Below are positions 1 through 9,349 of a DNA stretch of 32,000 bases, piece after piece. A model generated the notes under the pieces. The model had not been told where the DNA came from. It ran no database searches and saw nothing but the letters and a program-made list of their open reading frames with translations. The stretch lies in the NCBI RefSeq assembly GCF_000406145.1, contig NZ_CM001976.1:4519545-4551544 (forward strand). The letters are read 5' to 3'. The stretch's first letter is position 1. Each line of letters starts with the position of its first letter. This DNA is from Dickeya dadantii NCPPB 898. GTDB taxonomy: Bacteria; Pseudomonadota; Gammaproteobacteria; Enterobacterales; Enterobacteriaceae. The position numbers and the translations under genes were made by a program.

Positions 1-35
1 CGTTCAATCTGAGCCATGATCAAACTCTTCAATTT
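1..35 (-). rRNA. rrs: 16S rRNA, extreme 5' end only (gene continues off the left edge)
   Basis: The reverse complement of 1-35 reads AAATTGAAGAGTTTGATCATGGCTCAGATTGAACG, the canonical enterobacterial mature 16S 5' end. It lies downstream of hemG, as rrnA does in E. coli. Confidence 0.93.
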
Positions 36-178
36 AAAGTTTGATGCTGCTTCCGAAGAAGCGGTGCTCAAAGAATTTACTGTTAGTTCGTATGAATTAA
101 CTGTTGTCACTCTTCAAGACTTTCACATAATTTTTTAGTGAAGTGTCCTGCGAGTGCCCACACAGATTGTCTGATTGA

Positions 179-191
179 TTGTTAAAGAGCA
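179..191 (-). promoter_or_regulatory. rrn leader boxA (Nus-dependent antitermination site)
   Basis: The reverse complement is TGCTCTTTAACAA, an exact match to the E. coli rrn boxA consensus. It sits between the P2 promoter and the 16S start. Confidence 0.88.
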
Positions 192-220
192 TGACCATTT
201 ACCGTGGTCGCGGGTCGCAT

Positions 221-248
221 ATATTATGCTTTCCCGAAAAGAAGTCAA
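221..248 (-). promoter_or_regulatory. rrn P2 promoter
   Basis: The minus strand reads TTGACT (243-248), a 16-bp spacer TCTTTTCGGGAAAGCA, TAATAT (221-226), then the GC-rich discriminator ATGCGACCCGCGACC. This parallels E. coli rrnB P2 (TTGACT...GGGAAGGCG TATTAT GCACACCCCGCGCC). Confidence 0.8.
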
Positions 249-302
249 GCGATATGCGCCTGATTTCTTACTGAAACTGCGCTGGCGTTTCGCCGTTGCC
301 GT

Positions 303-370
303 GTCAGTGGAGGCGCATTATAGGGAGTTCTCCGTCGCTGACAAGCACTAATTTCAAAAAAGTTTCCGAA
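303..370 (-). promoter_or_regulatory. rrn P1 promoter with A/T-rich UP-like element
   Basis: The minus strand reads TTGTCA (339-344), a 16-bp spacer, TATAAT (317-322), then GCGCCTCCACTGAC. This is nearly identical to E. coli rrnB P1 (TTGTCA...TATAAT GCGCCACCACTGAC). An A/T-rich tract, ACTTTTTTGAAATTAGT, lies immediately upstream (347-370). Confidence 0.88.
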
Positions 371-407
371 TGTCTCTTTTTTCGCCATCACTCCGTTGTA
401 AGCCGCA

Positions 408-947
408 TTACACCGCCTTTTTCTGGACGAGCTGACCAAAAGACTGGGCGAAACGCGCCACCTGTTCCCAGTCGGTATACTCAATTTCTTTGGTGCTATC
501 GGTTTCGCCGCCGGTCATACGCATAATGAACTGAATCATGACACGGTCGAACCAGCGGTAGCGCGGGTAACGCAACGCGCCGGCGAAGACCGCCCCTAAA
601 TCCGGCTGCCAGGGCGACCGCAACAGAAATTTACGGGTATACGCGTTGGTTTGCAGCGAACGCTTTTCCGGCTTGCGAGCGGTCAGGTTGACAGAAAAGA
701 AGGCGCTGGGCTTTTGTTGCAGCAAGGCAAGGTGCTGACGGATGAACTTTTCCACCGCCGGATGAAAATGCCCGTAGCGCACTGACGCGCCGATCATTAT
801 TTTGTCGTACTTGTCGAGATCGACCTCATGGACGCTCAAGATATTAACGACATCACACTCCAACGTCCCTTTGAGGTTATTGGCGATGTAAGACGCTATC
901 GCACGCGTTTGACCATCCCGACTGGAAAACAATATTAATGCTTTCAT
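408..947 (-). CDS. hemG: Protoporphyrinogen IX dehydrogenase, menaquinone-dependent, flavodoxin-like (HemG)
   Basis: The 179-aa ORF ([20 protein letters not shown]...[13 protein letters not shown]...) is collinear with E. coli HemG and holds the conserved position trkH-hemG-rrn. Confidence 0.93.
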   Translation of the reverse strand: MKALILFSSRDGQTRAIASYIANNLKGTLECDVVNILSVHEVDLDKYDKIMIGASVRYGHFHPAVEKFIRQHLALLQQKPSAFFSVNLTARKPEKRSLQTNAYTRKFLLRSPWQPDLGAVFAGALRYPRYRWFDRVMIQFIMRMTGGETDSTKEIEYTDWEQVARFAQSFGQLVQKKAV

Positions 948-965
948 AGCACGTTCCCTTATCCG

Positions 966-2417
966 TTATTCCCGCCAAAAGGTGGGCGTAAATAGCACCA
1001 GCATGGTGAACACTTCCAGACGGCCAAACAGCATGGTAACAATCAGGATCCATTTAGCTGCGTCATTCATGGAGGTGAAATTGTCAGCCACCGTCCCCAG
1101 CCCCGGCCCGAGATTGTTCAGCGTGGCAGCCACCGCCGCAAAGGCGGAGAAATTGTCCACCCCTGTCGCAATCACGGCCAGCATGCTGACGATAAACACC
1201 AGCGCATAAGCTGAGAAAAATCCCCACACCGCTTCCAGTATCCGCTCCGGCAACGCGCGCTGGCCGAGCTTAATGGTATAGACCGCATTCGGATGAACCA
1301 ATCGTTTCAGTTCGCGAGAGCCCTGCAAGAACAGTAACAGGATGCGAATCACTTTCAGGCCACCGCCGGTCGAACCGGCGCACCCGCCAATAAACGCGGA
1401 ACATAGCAGCAACACCGGTAAAAACAGCGGCCAGGAGGCAATGCTATCGGTGGTGAAGCCCGCGGTAGTCGCCATGGAAACCACCTGAAAGAACGCCTGA
1501 TTCAGGGTTTCCATACCATTCTTGTACACACCGTGCCCCCACAAAACGAGGGTACAAATCACAACCAGCGACATCTGAACGACGATAAACATCCGGAATT
1601 CGGGGTCGCGCCAATACACCCGCAGGCTGCGCCCGCTCAGTACCGCAAAGTGCAAACCAAAATTACAGCCGGAAATCAGTAGAAATACCGCGATAATGGT
1701 GTTGATGGTAGGACTGTTGAAATAACCGATGCTGGCATCATGAGTTGAGAACCCGCCGATGGCGATAGTGGAAAAACTATGGCTGATGGCATCGAACACC
1801 GACATACCCGCCAGCCATAGCGAGAGCGCGCAGAGCACGGTCAGCAACACGTAAATCAACCACAGGGTTTTGGCGGTTTCCGCGATACGGGGCCGCATTT
1901 TATGGTCCTTCAGCGGTCCCGGCATTTCGGCGCGATAAAGCTGCATCCCCCCGACGCCCAGAATCGGCAGAATGGCCACCGCCAGCACGATGATTCCCAT
2001 GCCGCCCATCCATTGCAGCATCTGCCGGTAGAACAGGATGGCTTTCGGCAACGAATCCAGCCCGACCAGCGTGGTCGCGCCGGTTGTGGTCAGGCCGGAA
2101 AAGGACTCAAAAAACGCATCCGTCACCGACAGATTGGGGCGCTCGACAAACAGAAACGGCAAAGCCCCGACGCTGCCCAGCACCGTCCAGAACAGCACCA
2201 CGATCAAAAACCCTTCGCGGGCCTTCAGTTCATGCCGGTGTTTACGGTTGGGCAGCCACAGCAACAGCCCCATCACCAACGCCACAATGAACGTCTGGAT
2301 AAATGCCCGACCGGCGCCGTCGCGGTAGATCAACGCCACCATGCCGGGAATGAACATGGTGCCGGAAAACAGGATGACCAGCAGTCCGACAATGCGGGTT
2401 ATGGCACGCAAGTGCAT
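966..2417 (-). CDS. trkH: Trk-system potassium uptake protein TrkH
   Basis: The 483-aa polytopic membrane ORF (MHLRAITRIVGLLVILFSGTM...FTPTFWRE) is near-identical in length and termini to E. coli TrkH. Confidence 0.95.
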   Translation of the reverse strand: MHLRAITRIVGLLVILFSGTMFIPGMVALIYRDGAGRAFIQTFIVALVMGLLLWLPNRKHRHELKAREGFLIVVLFWTVLGSVGALPFLFVERPNLSVTDAFFESFSGLTTTGATTLVGLDSLPKAILFYRQMLQWMGGMGIIVLAVAILPILGVGGMQLYRAEMPGPLKDHKMRPRIAETAKTLWLIYVLLTVLCALSLWLAGMSVFDAISHSFSTIAIGGFSTHDASIGYFNSPTINTIIAVFLLISGCNFGLHFAVLSGRSLRVYWRDPEFRMFIVVQMSLVVICTLVLWGHGVYKNGMETLNQAFFQVVSMATTAGFTTDSIASWPLFLPVLLLCSAFIGGCAGSTGGGLKVIRILLLFLQGSRELKRLVHPNAVYTIKLGQRALPERILEAVWGFFSAYALVFIVSMLAVIATGVDNFSAFAAVAATLNNLGPGLGTVADNFTSMNDAAKWILIVTMLFGRLEVFTMLVLFTPTFWRE

Positions 2418-2458
2418 CAGGGAGCCTTCCTTAAATGGTTCAAGATTACGCGCTGGGA

Positions 2459-3073
2459 TTATTGTGAAATTGGCTGCAAATGCAACGCGCCGCGGCTAAT
2501 ATCGCGCAGCCGACGCGACGCGTCTTCCACTGCCGTTACCGGAAACGCCAGTTGGAGCGAGACCTCGCCGGCGTACTCCGTCGAGACGACTTGCCCCTGC
2601 AGCGCCAGCACCACGGTTTCGACCTGGGGCAACAGAGCATAGTCGCACCGCAACCGATACATCCGTTGCATGACTTTCTGCTGCAGAGGCAGTTGTTTCA
2701 GCGCCTGCTGCACACCTCCGCCATAGGCTTTGACCAGCCCGCCGGTGCCGAGCCTGACGCCGCCATAATAACGCACCACCACCGCCACCACTTCGCCGAC
2801 GCCGCTGCCCATCAATTGAGCCAGCATCGGTTTGCCAGCGGTGCCCGAAGGTTCGCCGTCATCGGAAAACCCGAGCTGTTGCGAATCATCCGGCGCGCCC
2901 GCAACATACGCCCAACAATGGTGGGCTGCCGAAGGATGTTGTTCGCGGATCTGCTGAATCACGCCTCGGGCCGCGTCCACGCCGCTAGCCGGGCCAAGCA
3001 GCGTGATAAAACGGCTCTTTTTAATCTCTTCATGAACGCTGACAGACGCAGCAGGAACCGGGTATGACTGCAT
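2459..3073 (-). CDS. yigZ: IMPACT-family protein YigZ
   Basis: The 204-aa ORF has EEIKKSRFIT and DDGEPSGTAGKPML motifs, as in E. coli YigZ. Its ATG overlaps the pepQ stop by 1 nt (TGATG). Confidence 0.9.
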   Translation of the reverse strand: MQSYPVPAASVSVHEEIKKSRFITLLGPASGVDAARGVIQQIREQHPSAAHHCWAYVAGAPDDSQQLGFSDDGEPSGTAGKPMLAQLMGSGVGEVVAVVVRYYGGVRLGTGGLVKAYGGGVQQALKQLPLQQKVMQRMYRLRCDYALLPQVETVVLALQGQVVSTEYAGEVSLQLAFPVTAVEDASRRLRDISRGALHLQPISQ

Positions 3074-4404
3074 CAGGCCAAATCAAGCGCACGGGTCAGG
3101 TTTTCAATGCGTTTGTCGTGCACCACGATATTGTCTTCAATACGAATACCGCCGAACGGGCGCAACACATCCAGCTTCTGCCAGTTGAAGTGCTGGCGCA
3201 GTTCGCCCTGACGCCAGGGCTCAAGCAACGAATCGATAAAGTAGATACCCGGCTCAATAGTCAGCACCATGCGCGGTTCCAGAATTCGGGTACAGCGTAG
3301 GTAAGGATGGGCCGACGGCGCAGGCTGTGTCGTGCCGGTGTCGTCCTGCATGAATCCGCCGACGTCATGCACTTGCAAACCAAGCGGATGACCCAGACCG
3401 TGCGGCAGGAAAGGCGAGGTAACGCCCTGTTCCACCATCGCTTCTTCGCTCAGCCCGGTTACCAGTTGGTGACGTTTGAGTAGCACCGCCACTCGGTGAT
3501 GCATCTGCAAATGGTAGTCGGTGTAACGCACCCCGGCTTTCAGAGTATCGATCAACGCCAGTTGCTCGCGGTTGAGATCTTTCACCAGCGCAGCATATTC
3601 GTTGTCATCCTGCGCGGCATAGGTGCGGGTAATATCCGCCGCATAGCCGTTGTATTCCGCGCCGGCATCCAGCAGGAAGCTGCGCATTTCCGCCGGCACC
3701 CGGTGTTCAAGCTGGGTGTAATGCAGCACCGCCGCGTGTTCGTTGAGGGCGACGATATTGCCGTAAGGTACATCGGTATCACGGTGGCCGGTAGCGGTCA
3801 GGTACGCCAGGTTGATATCAAATTCGCTCATACCGGACTGGAACGCTTCGTACGCAGCGCGGTGGCCGACCACCGCCGTTTTCTGCGCTGCGCGCATGCA
3901 GGCCAGTTCATAATCCGTTTTGTAGGCGCGGTGGTAATGCAGATAATCCAGCACGCCTTTCGGGTTGATGTGTTCCGGCGCGACACCCAGATTCAACGCA
4001 CGCTGCGGCGCGGAACCGATATAGGCGACTCGCTGACGCTGAACCGGCAGTTGCTGGCCGATGTCATCGGCCTTGCGCAGCACCTGGATATCCAGCGATT
4101 TGGTCCAGAAACTGTCCGGCACCGGCGCCACGTTATGCCAGTAATCAACGGGGGAGTAGAACCACAGTTTCGGCGTATTGACCCCATCCACCCACAGCCA
4201 GCAGTTCGGCACCTGCGTTACCGGCAGCCAGGCTTTGAACTGCGGATTAACCTTGAACGGATAGGCATGATCGTCCAGAAACGCCATCATCAACTCACCG
4301 GAGTGGATCAATAAGGCATCCAGATTATGCCGCGCCAGAACCGCCTGCGTGCGTTGCTGCAGGGTCGCCACATGTTGATGATACAAAGAAGCCAGCGTTT
4401 CCAT
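3073..4404 (-). CDS. pepQ: Xaa-Pro dipeptidase (prolidase) PepQ
   Basis: The ORF track extends to 4515, but [19 protein letters not shown] aligns with the E. coli PepQ N-terminus (MESLASLYKNH...). Starting at the ATG at 4404 gives 443 aa, the same as E. coli. Confidence 0.92.
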   Translation of the reverse strand: METLASLYHQHVATLQQRTQAVLARHNLDALLIHSGELMMAFLDDHAYPFKVNPQFKAWLPVTQVPNCWLWVDGVNTPKLWFYSPVDYWHNVAPVPDSFWTKSLDIQVLRKADDIGQQLPVQRQRVAYIGSAPQRALNLGVAPEHINPKGVLDYLHYHRAYKTDYELACMRAAQKTAVVGHRAAYEAFQSGMSEFDINLAYLTATGHRDTDVPYGNIVALNEHAAVLHYTQLEHRVPAEMRSFLLDAGAEYNGYAADITRTYAAQDDNEYAALVKDLNREQLALIDTLKAGVRYTDYHLQMHHRVAVLLKRHQLVTGLSEEAMVEQGVTSPFLPHGLGHPLGLQVHDVGGFMQDDTGTTQPAPSAHPYLRCTRILEPRMVLTIEPGIYFIDSLLEPWRQGELRQHFNWQKLDVLRPFGGIRIEDNIVVHDKRIENLTRALDLA

Positions 4405-4545
4405 CACAATCCCCATTGATAACAGCCTGTTTCCCAGTGTAACACAGCGCCCCGGCGACGGCAGCGTTGCTCGCCCTGTGATCCTCCCGGCAAATCCCTC
4501 ACGTGTTGTTTGCATTTCATTAACATCAAAACCACAATTTCTTAC

Positions 4546-4562
4546 ATCTGGTCATACCAGAT
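4546..4562. promoter_or_regulatory. FadR operator of fadBA
   Basis: The site is the perfect palindrome ATCTGGTCATACCAGAT. The E. coli fadB operator is ATCTGGTACGACCAGAT, so both 7-bp half-sites are identical. It overlaps a candidate promoter: TTAACA (4520-4525), 17 bp, TACATC (4543-4548). Confidence 0.85.
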
Positions 4563-4585
4563 CACGGATAACAGTGGAGAACACC

Positions 4586-6775
4586 ATGATCTATCAAGGC
4601 GACACGCTGTACCTCAACTGGCTGGAAGACGGCATTGCCGAACTGGTTTTTGCCGCGCCCGGCAGCGTTAATAAATTGGATACCCGCACTGTAGCCAGCC
4701 TTGGCGAGGCGCTAAACCATCTGAAGAACCAACCGTCACTACGCGCCCTGCTGTTGCGCTCGGATAAACCGGCTTTCATCGCCGGTGCGGATATCACCGA
4801 ATTCCTGTCGCTGTTTGCCGCCCCGCCGGAAACGTTGCATCAATGGCTGACCGAAGCCAACGCCATTTTCAGCCAACTGGAGGATTTGCCGGTCCCGACG
4901 CTCTCCGCCATCAACGGCTATGCGCTGGGCGGGGGATGTGAATGCGCGCTGGCGACCGACTTCCGCATTGCGACGCCTGACGTTCGCATCGGTCTGCCGG
5001 AAGTCAAACTGGGGATCATGCCGGGATTCGGCGGCACAGTCCGGCTGCCGCGGTTGCTGGGCGCGGACGGCGCGCTGGAAATCATCACCGCCGGTAAAGA
5101 CTTGCCCGCCGGCGAGGCCCTGAAAGTCGGGCTGGTTGACGCCGTCCTGGACAGCGACAAACTGCTGCCCGCCGCCCTGCATATGCTGCGTCTGGCAATG
5201 ACCGACCAACTCGACTGGCGTGACCGTCGCCGCCAGAAACAGTCGCCGCTACGGCTTAACCGTATCGAAGCCGCCATGAGTTTCGCCACCGCCAACGCGC
5301 TGGTGCAACAGGCGGCGGGCCGCCACTACCCTGCGCTGGTGATGGCGCTCAAAACCATCGAAGCCGCCGCCGGGCTGCACCGCGACGCCGCACTAAAAAT
5401 CGAAACCGACAATTTCGTCGCGCTGACTCAAACGACGGCGGCGCATGCGCTGGTCGGCGTCTTCCTTAACGAGCAGGCCGTAAAAAGCGCCGCCAAACAA
5501 TGGGCCGCCGACGCCTCGCCGCCAGCACGTGTCGCGGTGCTGGGCGCCGGGATCATGGGCGGCGGCATCGCCTGCCAGTCGGCGCGCAAAGGGGTGCCGG
5601 TGTGGATGAAAGACATCAGTGAAAAAGCGCTGACACTGGGGATGGAAGAAGCGGCTAAGCTGCTTAACGCACAGTTGGAACGCGGCAAACTGGACGCCAT
5701 GACTATGGCGGGGGTGCTGGCCCGCATCCACCCGACACTGAACAATAACGGGCTTGAACAGGCCGACCTGATTATCGAAGCGGTGGTGGAAAACCCGCAG
5801 GTAAAAGCCAGGGTGCTAGCAGAGGCGGAAGCCTGCGTCAGCGAGCAGACGCTGATCGTCTCCAATACCTCGACGATTCCCATCGGGCAATTAGCGGCCT
5901 CATTGCAGCGGCCGCAAAACTTCTGCGGTATGCACTTTTTCAATCCGGTGCATCGTATGCCGCTGGTTGAAGTGATTCGCGGTCCCCAGACCGATGAGAA
6001 AACGCTGGCCCGCGTGGTGGCCTACGCCAGTAAGATCGGCAAAACCCCTATCGTGGTGAACGACTGCCCAGGATTCTTCGTCAACCGCGTACTGTTCCCC
6101 TACATTGCCGCCTTCAACCTGCTGATGCGCGACGGCGCGGATTTCCGCGATGTGGACGCGGTGATGGAAAAACAGTTCGGCTGGCCGATGGGGCCGGCTT
6201 ACCTGCTGGACGTAGTCGGACTGGATACCGCTCACCACGCTCAGGCGGTGATGTCGGCAGGCTTTCCGCAGCGCATGGCGAAAACCTACCGCGACGCCGT
6301 CGATGTGCTGGTGGAGCATCAGCGTTTCGGCCAGAAGAGCGGCGCGGGCTTCTACCGCTACTATCCGGATGCCAAAGGCAAACCGCGCCGGGAACAAGAT
6401 GAGCAAACCGATATCTTGCTGGATGCGGTCTGCGAACCGAAGCGAACCTTCAGCGCGCAAGAGATTATCCATCGCCTGATGGTGCCGATGCTCAACGAAG
6501 TGGCGCGCTGTCTGGAAGAAGGCATCGTCGCTACCCCGGCGGAAGCCGACATGGCGCTGCTGTACGGTCTGGGCTTCCCGCCGTTCCACGGCGGCGCCTG
6601 CCGCTATCTGGATACGCTGGGCAGCCAACGGTATGTGGACATCGCCCAGTCGCTGGCGCCGCTGGGGCCGCTCTACGCCGTGCCGGACAGCCTGTTGCAG
6701 ATGGCGCAGCGCCGGCAGCGCTATTACCCGGCGGTTGAACCTCACGCCAATCTTTCTCTTCACCAACCGGCATAA
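4586..6775 (+). CDS. fadB: Fatty-acid oxidation complex alpha subunit (enoyl-CoA hydratase / 3-hydroxyacyl-CoA dehydrogenase / epimerase) FadB
   Basis: [32 protein letters not shown] matches the E. coli FadB N-terminus. Starting at 4586 (preceded by GTGGAGA) gives 729 aa, as in E. coli. The ORF-track start at 4478 is an upstream extension. Confidence 0.95.
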   Translation: MIYQGDTLYLNWLEDGIAELVFAAPGSVNKLDTRTVASLGEALNHLKNQPSLRALLLRSDKPAFIAGADITEFLSLFAAPPETLHQWLTEANAIFSQLEDLPVPTLSAINGYALGGGCECALATDFRIATPDVRIGLPEVKLGIMPGFGGTVRLPRLLGADGALEIITAGKDLPAGEALKVGLVDAVLDSDKLLPAALHMLRLAMTDQLDWRDRRRQKQSPLRLNRIEAAMSFATANALVQQAAGRHYPALVMALKTIEAAAGLHRDAALKIETDNFVALTQTTAAHALVGVFLNEQAVKSAAKQWAADASPPARVAVLGAGIMGGGIACQSARKGVPVWMKDISEKALTLGMEEAAKLLNAQLERGKLDAMTMAGVLARIHPTLNNNGLEQADLIIEAVVENPQVKARVLAEAEACVSEQTLIVSNTSTIPIGQLAASLQRPQNFCGMHFFNPVHRMPLVEVIRGPQTDEKTLARVVAYASKIGKTPIVVNDCPGFFVNRVLFPYIAAFNLLMRDGADFRDVDAVMEKQFGWPMGPAYLLDVVGLDTAHHAQAVMSAGFPQRMAKTYRDAVDVLVEHQRFGQKSGAGFYRYYPDAKGKPRREQDEQTDILLDAVCEPKRTFSAQEIIHRLMVPMLNEVARCLEEGIVATPAEADMALLYGLGFPPFHGGACRYLDTLGSQRYVDIAQSLAPLGPLYAVPDSLLQMAQRRQRYYPAVEPHANLSLHQPA

Positions 6776-7951
<1,176 letters not shown>

Positions 7952-7961
7952 CAGCCACCTG

Positions 7962-7985
7962 CCGGGGCCGCGTCGGCAGCCCCGG
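7962..7985 (+). terminator. Possible weak hairpin terminator after fadA
   Basis: The stem is CCGGGGC (7962-7968) paired with GCCCCGG (7979-7985), with a 10-nt loop, followed by TTAAT. The U-tract is poor, so confidence is low. Confidence 0.3.
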
Positions 7986-8003
7986 TTAATCCAAACGCCA
8001 ACC

Positions 8004-8432
8004 TCAGGGAGCACGCGCACGCTGGCGAGTGGAAAACCACTCATACAGCCCCATGCCTGCAAGCATGGAGACAAAGAACACCCCGCCTTTCGCGGTGCCA
8101 TACGACAGCAACACCAGGGCCGGGCCGGGGCAAATACCGGCCATTCCCCAACCGATTCCGAACAGCAAACTGCCCGCCACCAACGGTTTATCGACCGCTT
8201 TTTTTAGCGGCAGGGAAAACGACGCCGCGCACAGCGGCTTTGACATCCGGCCGACCACGCGAAAACCGAGCGATCCGACCGCCAGTGCGCCGCCCATCAC
8301 CAGCGCCAGCGATGGGTCCCACTGCCGGGTTATATCCAGAAAACCCAGCACTTTCTGCGGGTTCGCCATCCCACTGATCAACAGCCCAAGGCCAAAAACC
8401 AGCCCGGCCAGAAAAGAAAACAGGTTGTTCAT
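8004..8432 (-). CDS. Half-size YeeE/YedE-family (sulfur-transport domain) membrane protein, PmpB-like
   Basis: The 142-aa, roughly 4-TM ORF has the [14 protein letters not shown] motif typical of YeeE/YedE sulfur-transport proteins. A strong SD (AAGGAG) lies upstream of the ATG at 8432. Confidence 0.8.
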   Translation of the reverse strand: MNNLFSFLAGLVFGLGLLISGMANPQKVLGFLDITRQWDPSLALVMGGALAVGSLGFRVVGRMSKPLCAASFSLPLKKAVDKPLVAGSLLFGIGWGMAGICPGPALVLLSYGTAKGGVFFVSMLAGMGLYEWFSTRQRARAP

Positions 8433-8457
8433 TTTCGCTCCTTAACGTGCCTCATGC

Positions 8458-8886
8458 TCAACGAAACATGCCCAGCACCCAGACGGTGACAAACGCCGCC
8501 CCCATGAAGGTCAACGTCGCCACCAGCGATCGCAGCGACAAACGGGACAAACCACACACGCCATGTCCGCTGGTGCAGCCCGACCCGTATCGGGTGCCGA
8601 ACCCCACCAACAGGCCCGATACCACCAACCAGGGCATCGGCGTGGCTATCGCGATTTCCGGCAGCGGCGCCGCCAGCCGGTAGAGCCAGGGCGCAGCGAA
8701 CATCCCCAACACAAACGCCAGCCGCCATCCTTTATCCTGCCATGTTCGGCCCAACAGGCCGCCGAGAATGCCGCTGATGCCGGCGATACGCCCGCAGAAC
8801 AGCGCCAGCATCACCACCGCGACGCCAATCACAACGCCGCCCGTCAGGCTCATCAGCGGTGTAAATGCCTGCATATTAATCGTCAT
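8458..8886 (-). CDS. Half-size YeeE/YedE-family (sulfur-transport domain) membrane protein, PmpA-like
   Basis: The membrane ORF has the [16 protein letters not shown] motif. I chose the ATG at 8886 because AAGGAG lies 6 nt upstream, whereas the ORF-track start at 8925 has no SD. The start overlaps the regulator's stop by 11 nt. Confidence 0.8.
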   Translation of the reverse strand: MTINMQAFTPLMSLTGGVVIGVAVVMLALFCGRIAGISGILGGLLGRTWQDKGWRLAFVLGMFAAPWLYRLAAPLPEIAIATPMPWLVVSGLLVGFGTRYGSGCTSGHGVCGLSRLSLRSLVATLTFMGAAFVTVWVLGMFR

Positions 8887-9220
8887 GATCGACTCCTTCG
8901 GCCGGTTTGGGACAATACAACGCATAAAGCGTATTGAGCAGCGTCAGGATGCGCGGGTCCTCAATACGGTAGAAAATCTGCTTGCCTTCACGCCGCGTCG
9001 CCACCAGCTTTAACCGCCGCATGACGGCAAGCTGCTGCGACAACGTCGGCTGGTGAATCCCCAGCGCTTGTTCCAACTGCCCGACAGACGCCTCGCCCTG
9101 GCTCAAAAAGCACATCAGCATCAGCCGGTCGTCATTCGCCAGCGCCCGCAGCACATCCGCCGCGCCGTGTGCAGCCTCGCGCATCATCTGCTGTGTGATT
9201 TCCGAATCTGCCGCTTCCAT
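8876..9220 (-). CDS. ArsR/SmtB-family winged-helix repressor, two-cysteine BigR/SqrR/PigS-like (probable persulfide sensor)
   Basis: The 114-aa ORF starts at the ATG at 9220 (SD AAGGTG) and has the HTH core SVGQLEQALGIHQPTLSQQLAVMRRLKLV. By my count its cysteines are at positions 37 and 103. That 66-residue spacing equals BigR C42/C108 and SqrR C41/C107. Confidence 0.8.
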   Translation of the reverse strand: MEAADSEITQQMMREAAHGAADVLRALANDDRLMLMCFLSQGEASVGQLEQALGIHQPTLSQQLAVMRRLKLVATRREGKQIFYRIEDPRILTLLNTLYALYCPKPAEGVDHDD

Positions 9221-9245
9221 AAAGTCACCTTTTCTTGCTTGCAAA

Positions 9246-9274
9246 ATATAATATATTTTTTTATATAATATATT
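9246..9274. promoter_or_regulatory. Candidate operator/promoter core: 12-bp direct repeat ATATAATATATT x2
   Basis: Identical 12-mers lie at 9246-9257 and 9263-9274 (17-bp phase), separated by part of a T7 run (9256-9262). They are embedded in a candidate plus-strand promoter: TTGCAA (9239-9244), 17 bp, TATATA (9262-9267). The site lies between divergent genes. Confidence 0.55.
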
Positions 9275-9349
9275 ATTGTATATCGTAGTCAAGCCGACCC
9301 CGACTATCACAGCCGGACCTCATCCACCCTTACGTTTCGAGGAGTTGTT

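Noticed and set aside
245-526. ORFs of 79 aa (minus strand) and 76 aa (plus strand) in the hemG-16S spacer.
   Set aside because: The region is fully explained by the rrn P1 and P2 promoters, the UP element and the leader. The ORFs have no SD and arginine-rich nonsense translations.
4405-4585. N-terminal extensions proposed by the longest-ORF track: pepQ to 4515 and fadB from 4478. The same issue affects fre to 11919, ubiE to 20787, argE from 26070, the YeeE-like gene to 8925, the ArsR-like gene to 9310 and ubiJ to 19988.
   Set aside because: Alignment with the E. coli N-termini as I remember them, matching protein lengths and SD placement all support the internal starts. The extensions would run through operators or promoters (the FadR site, ARG box and A/T promoter block).
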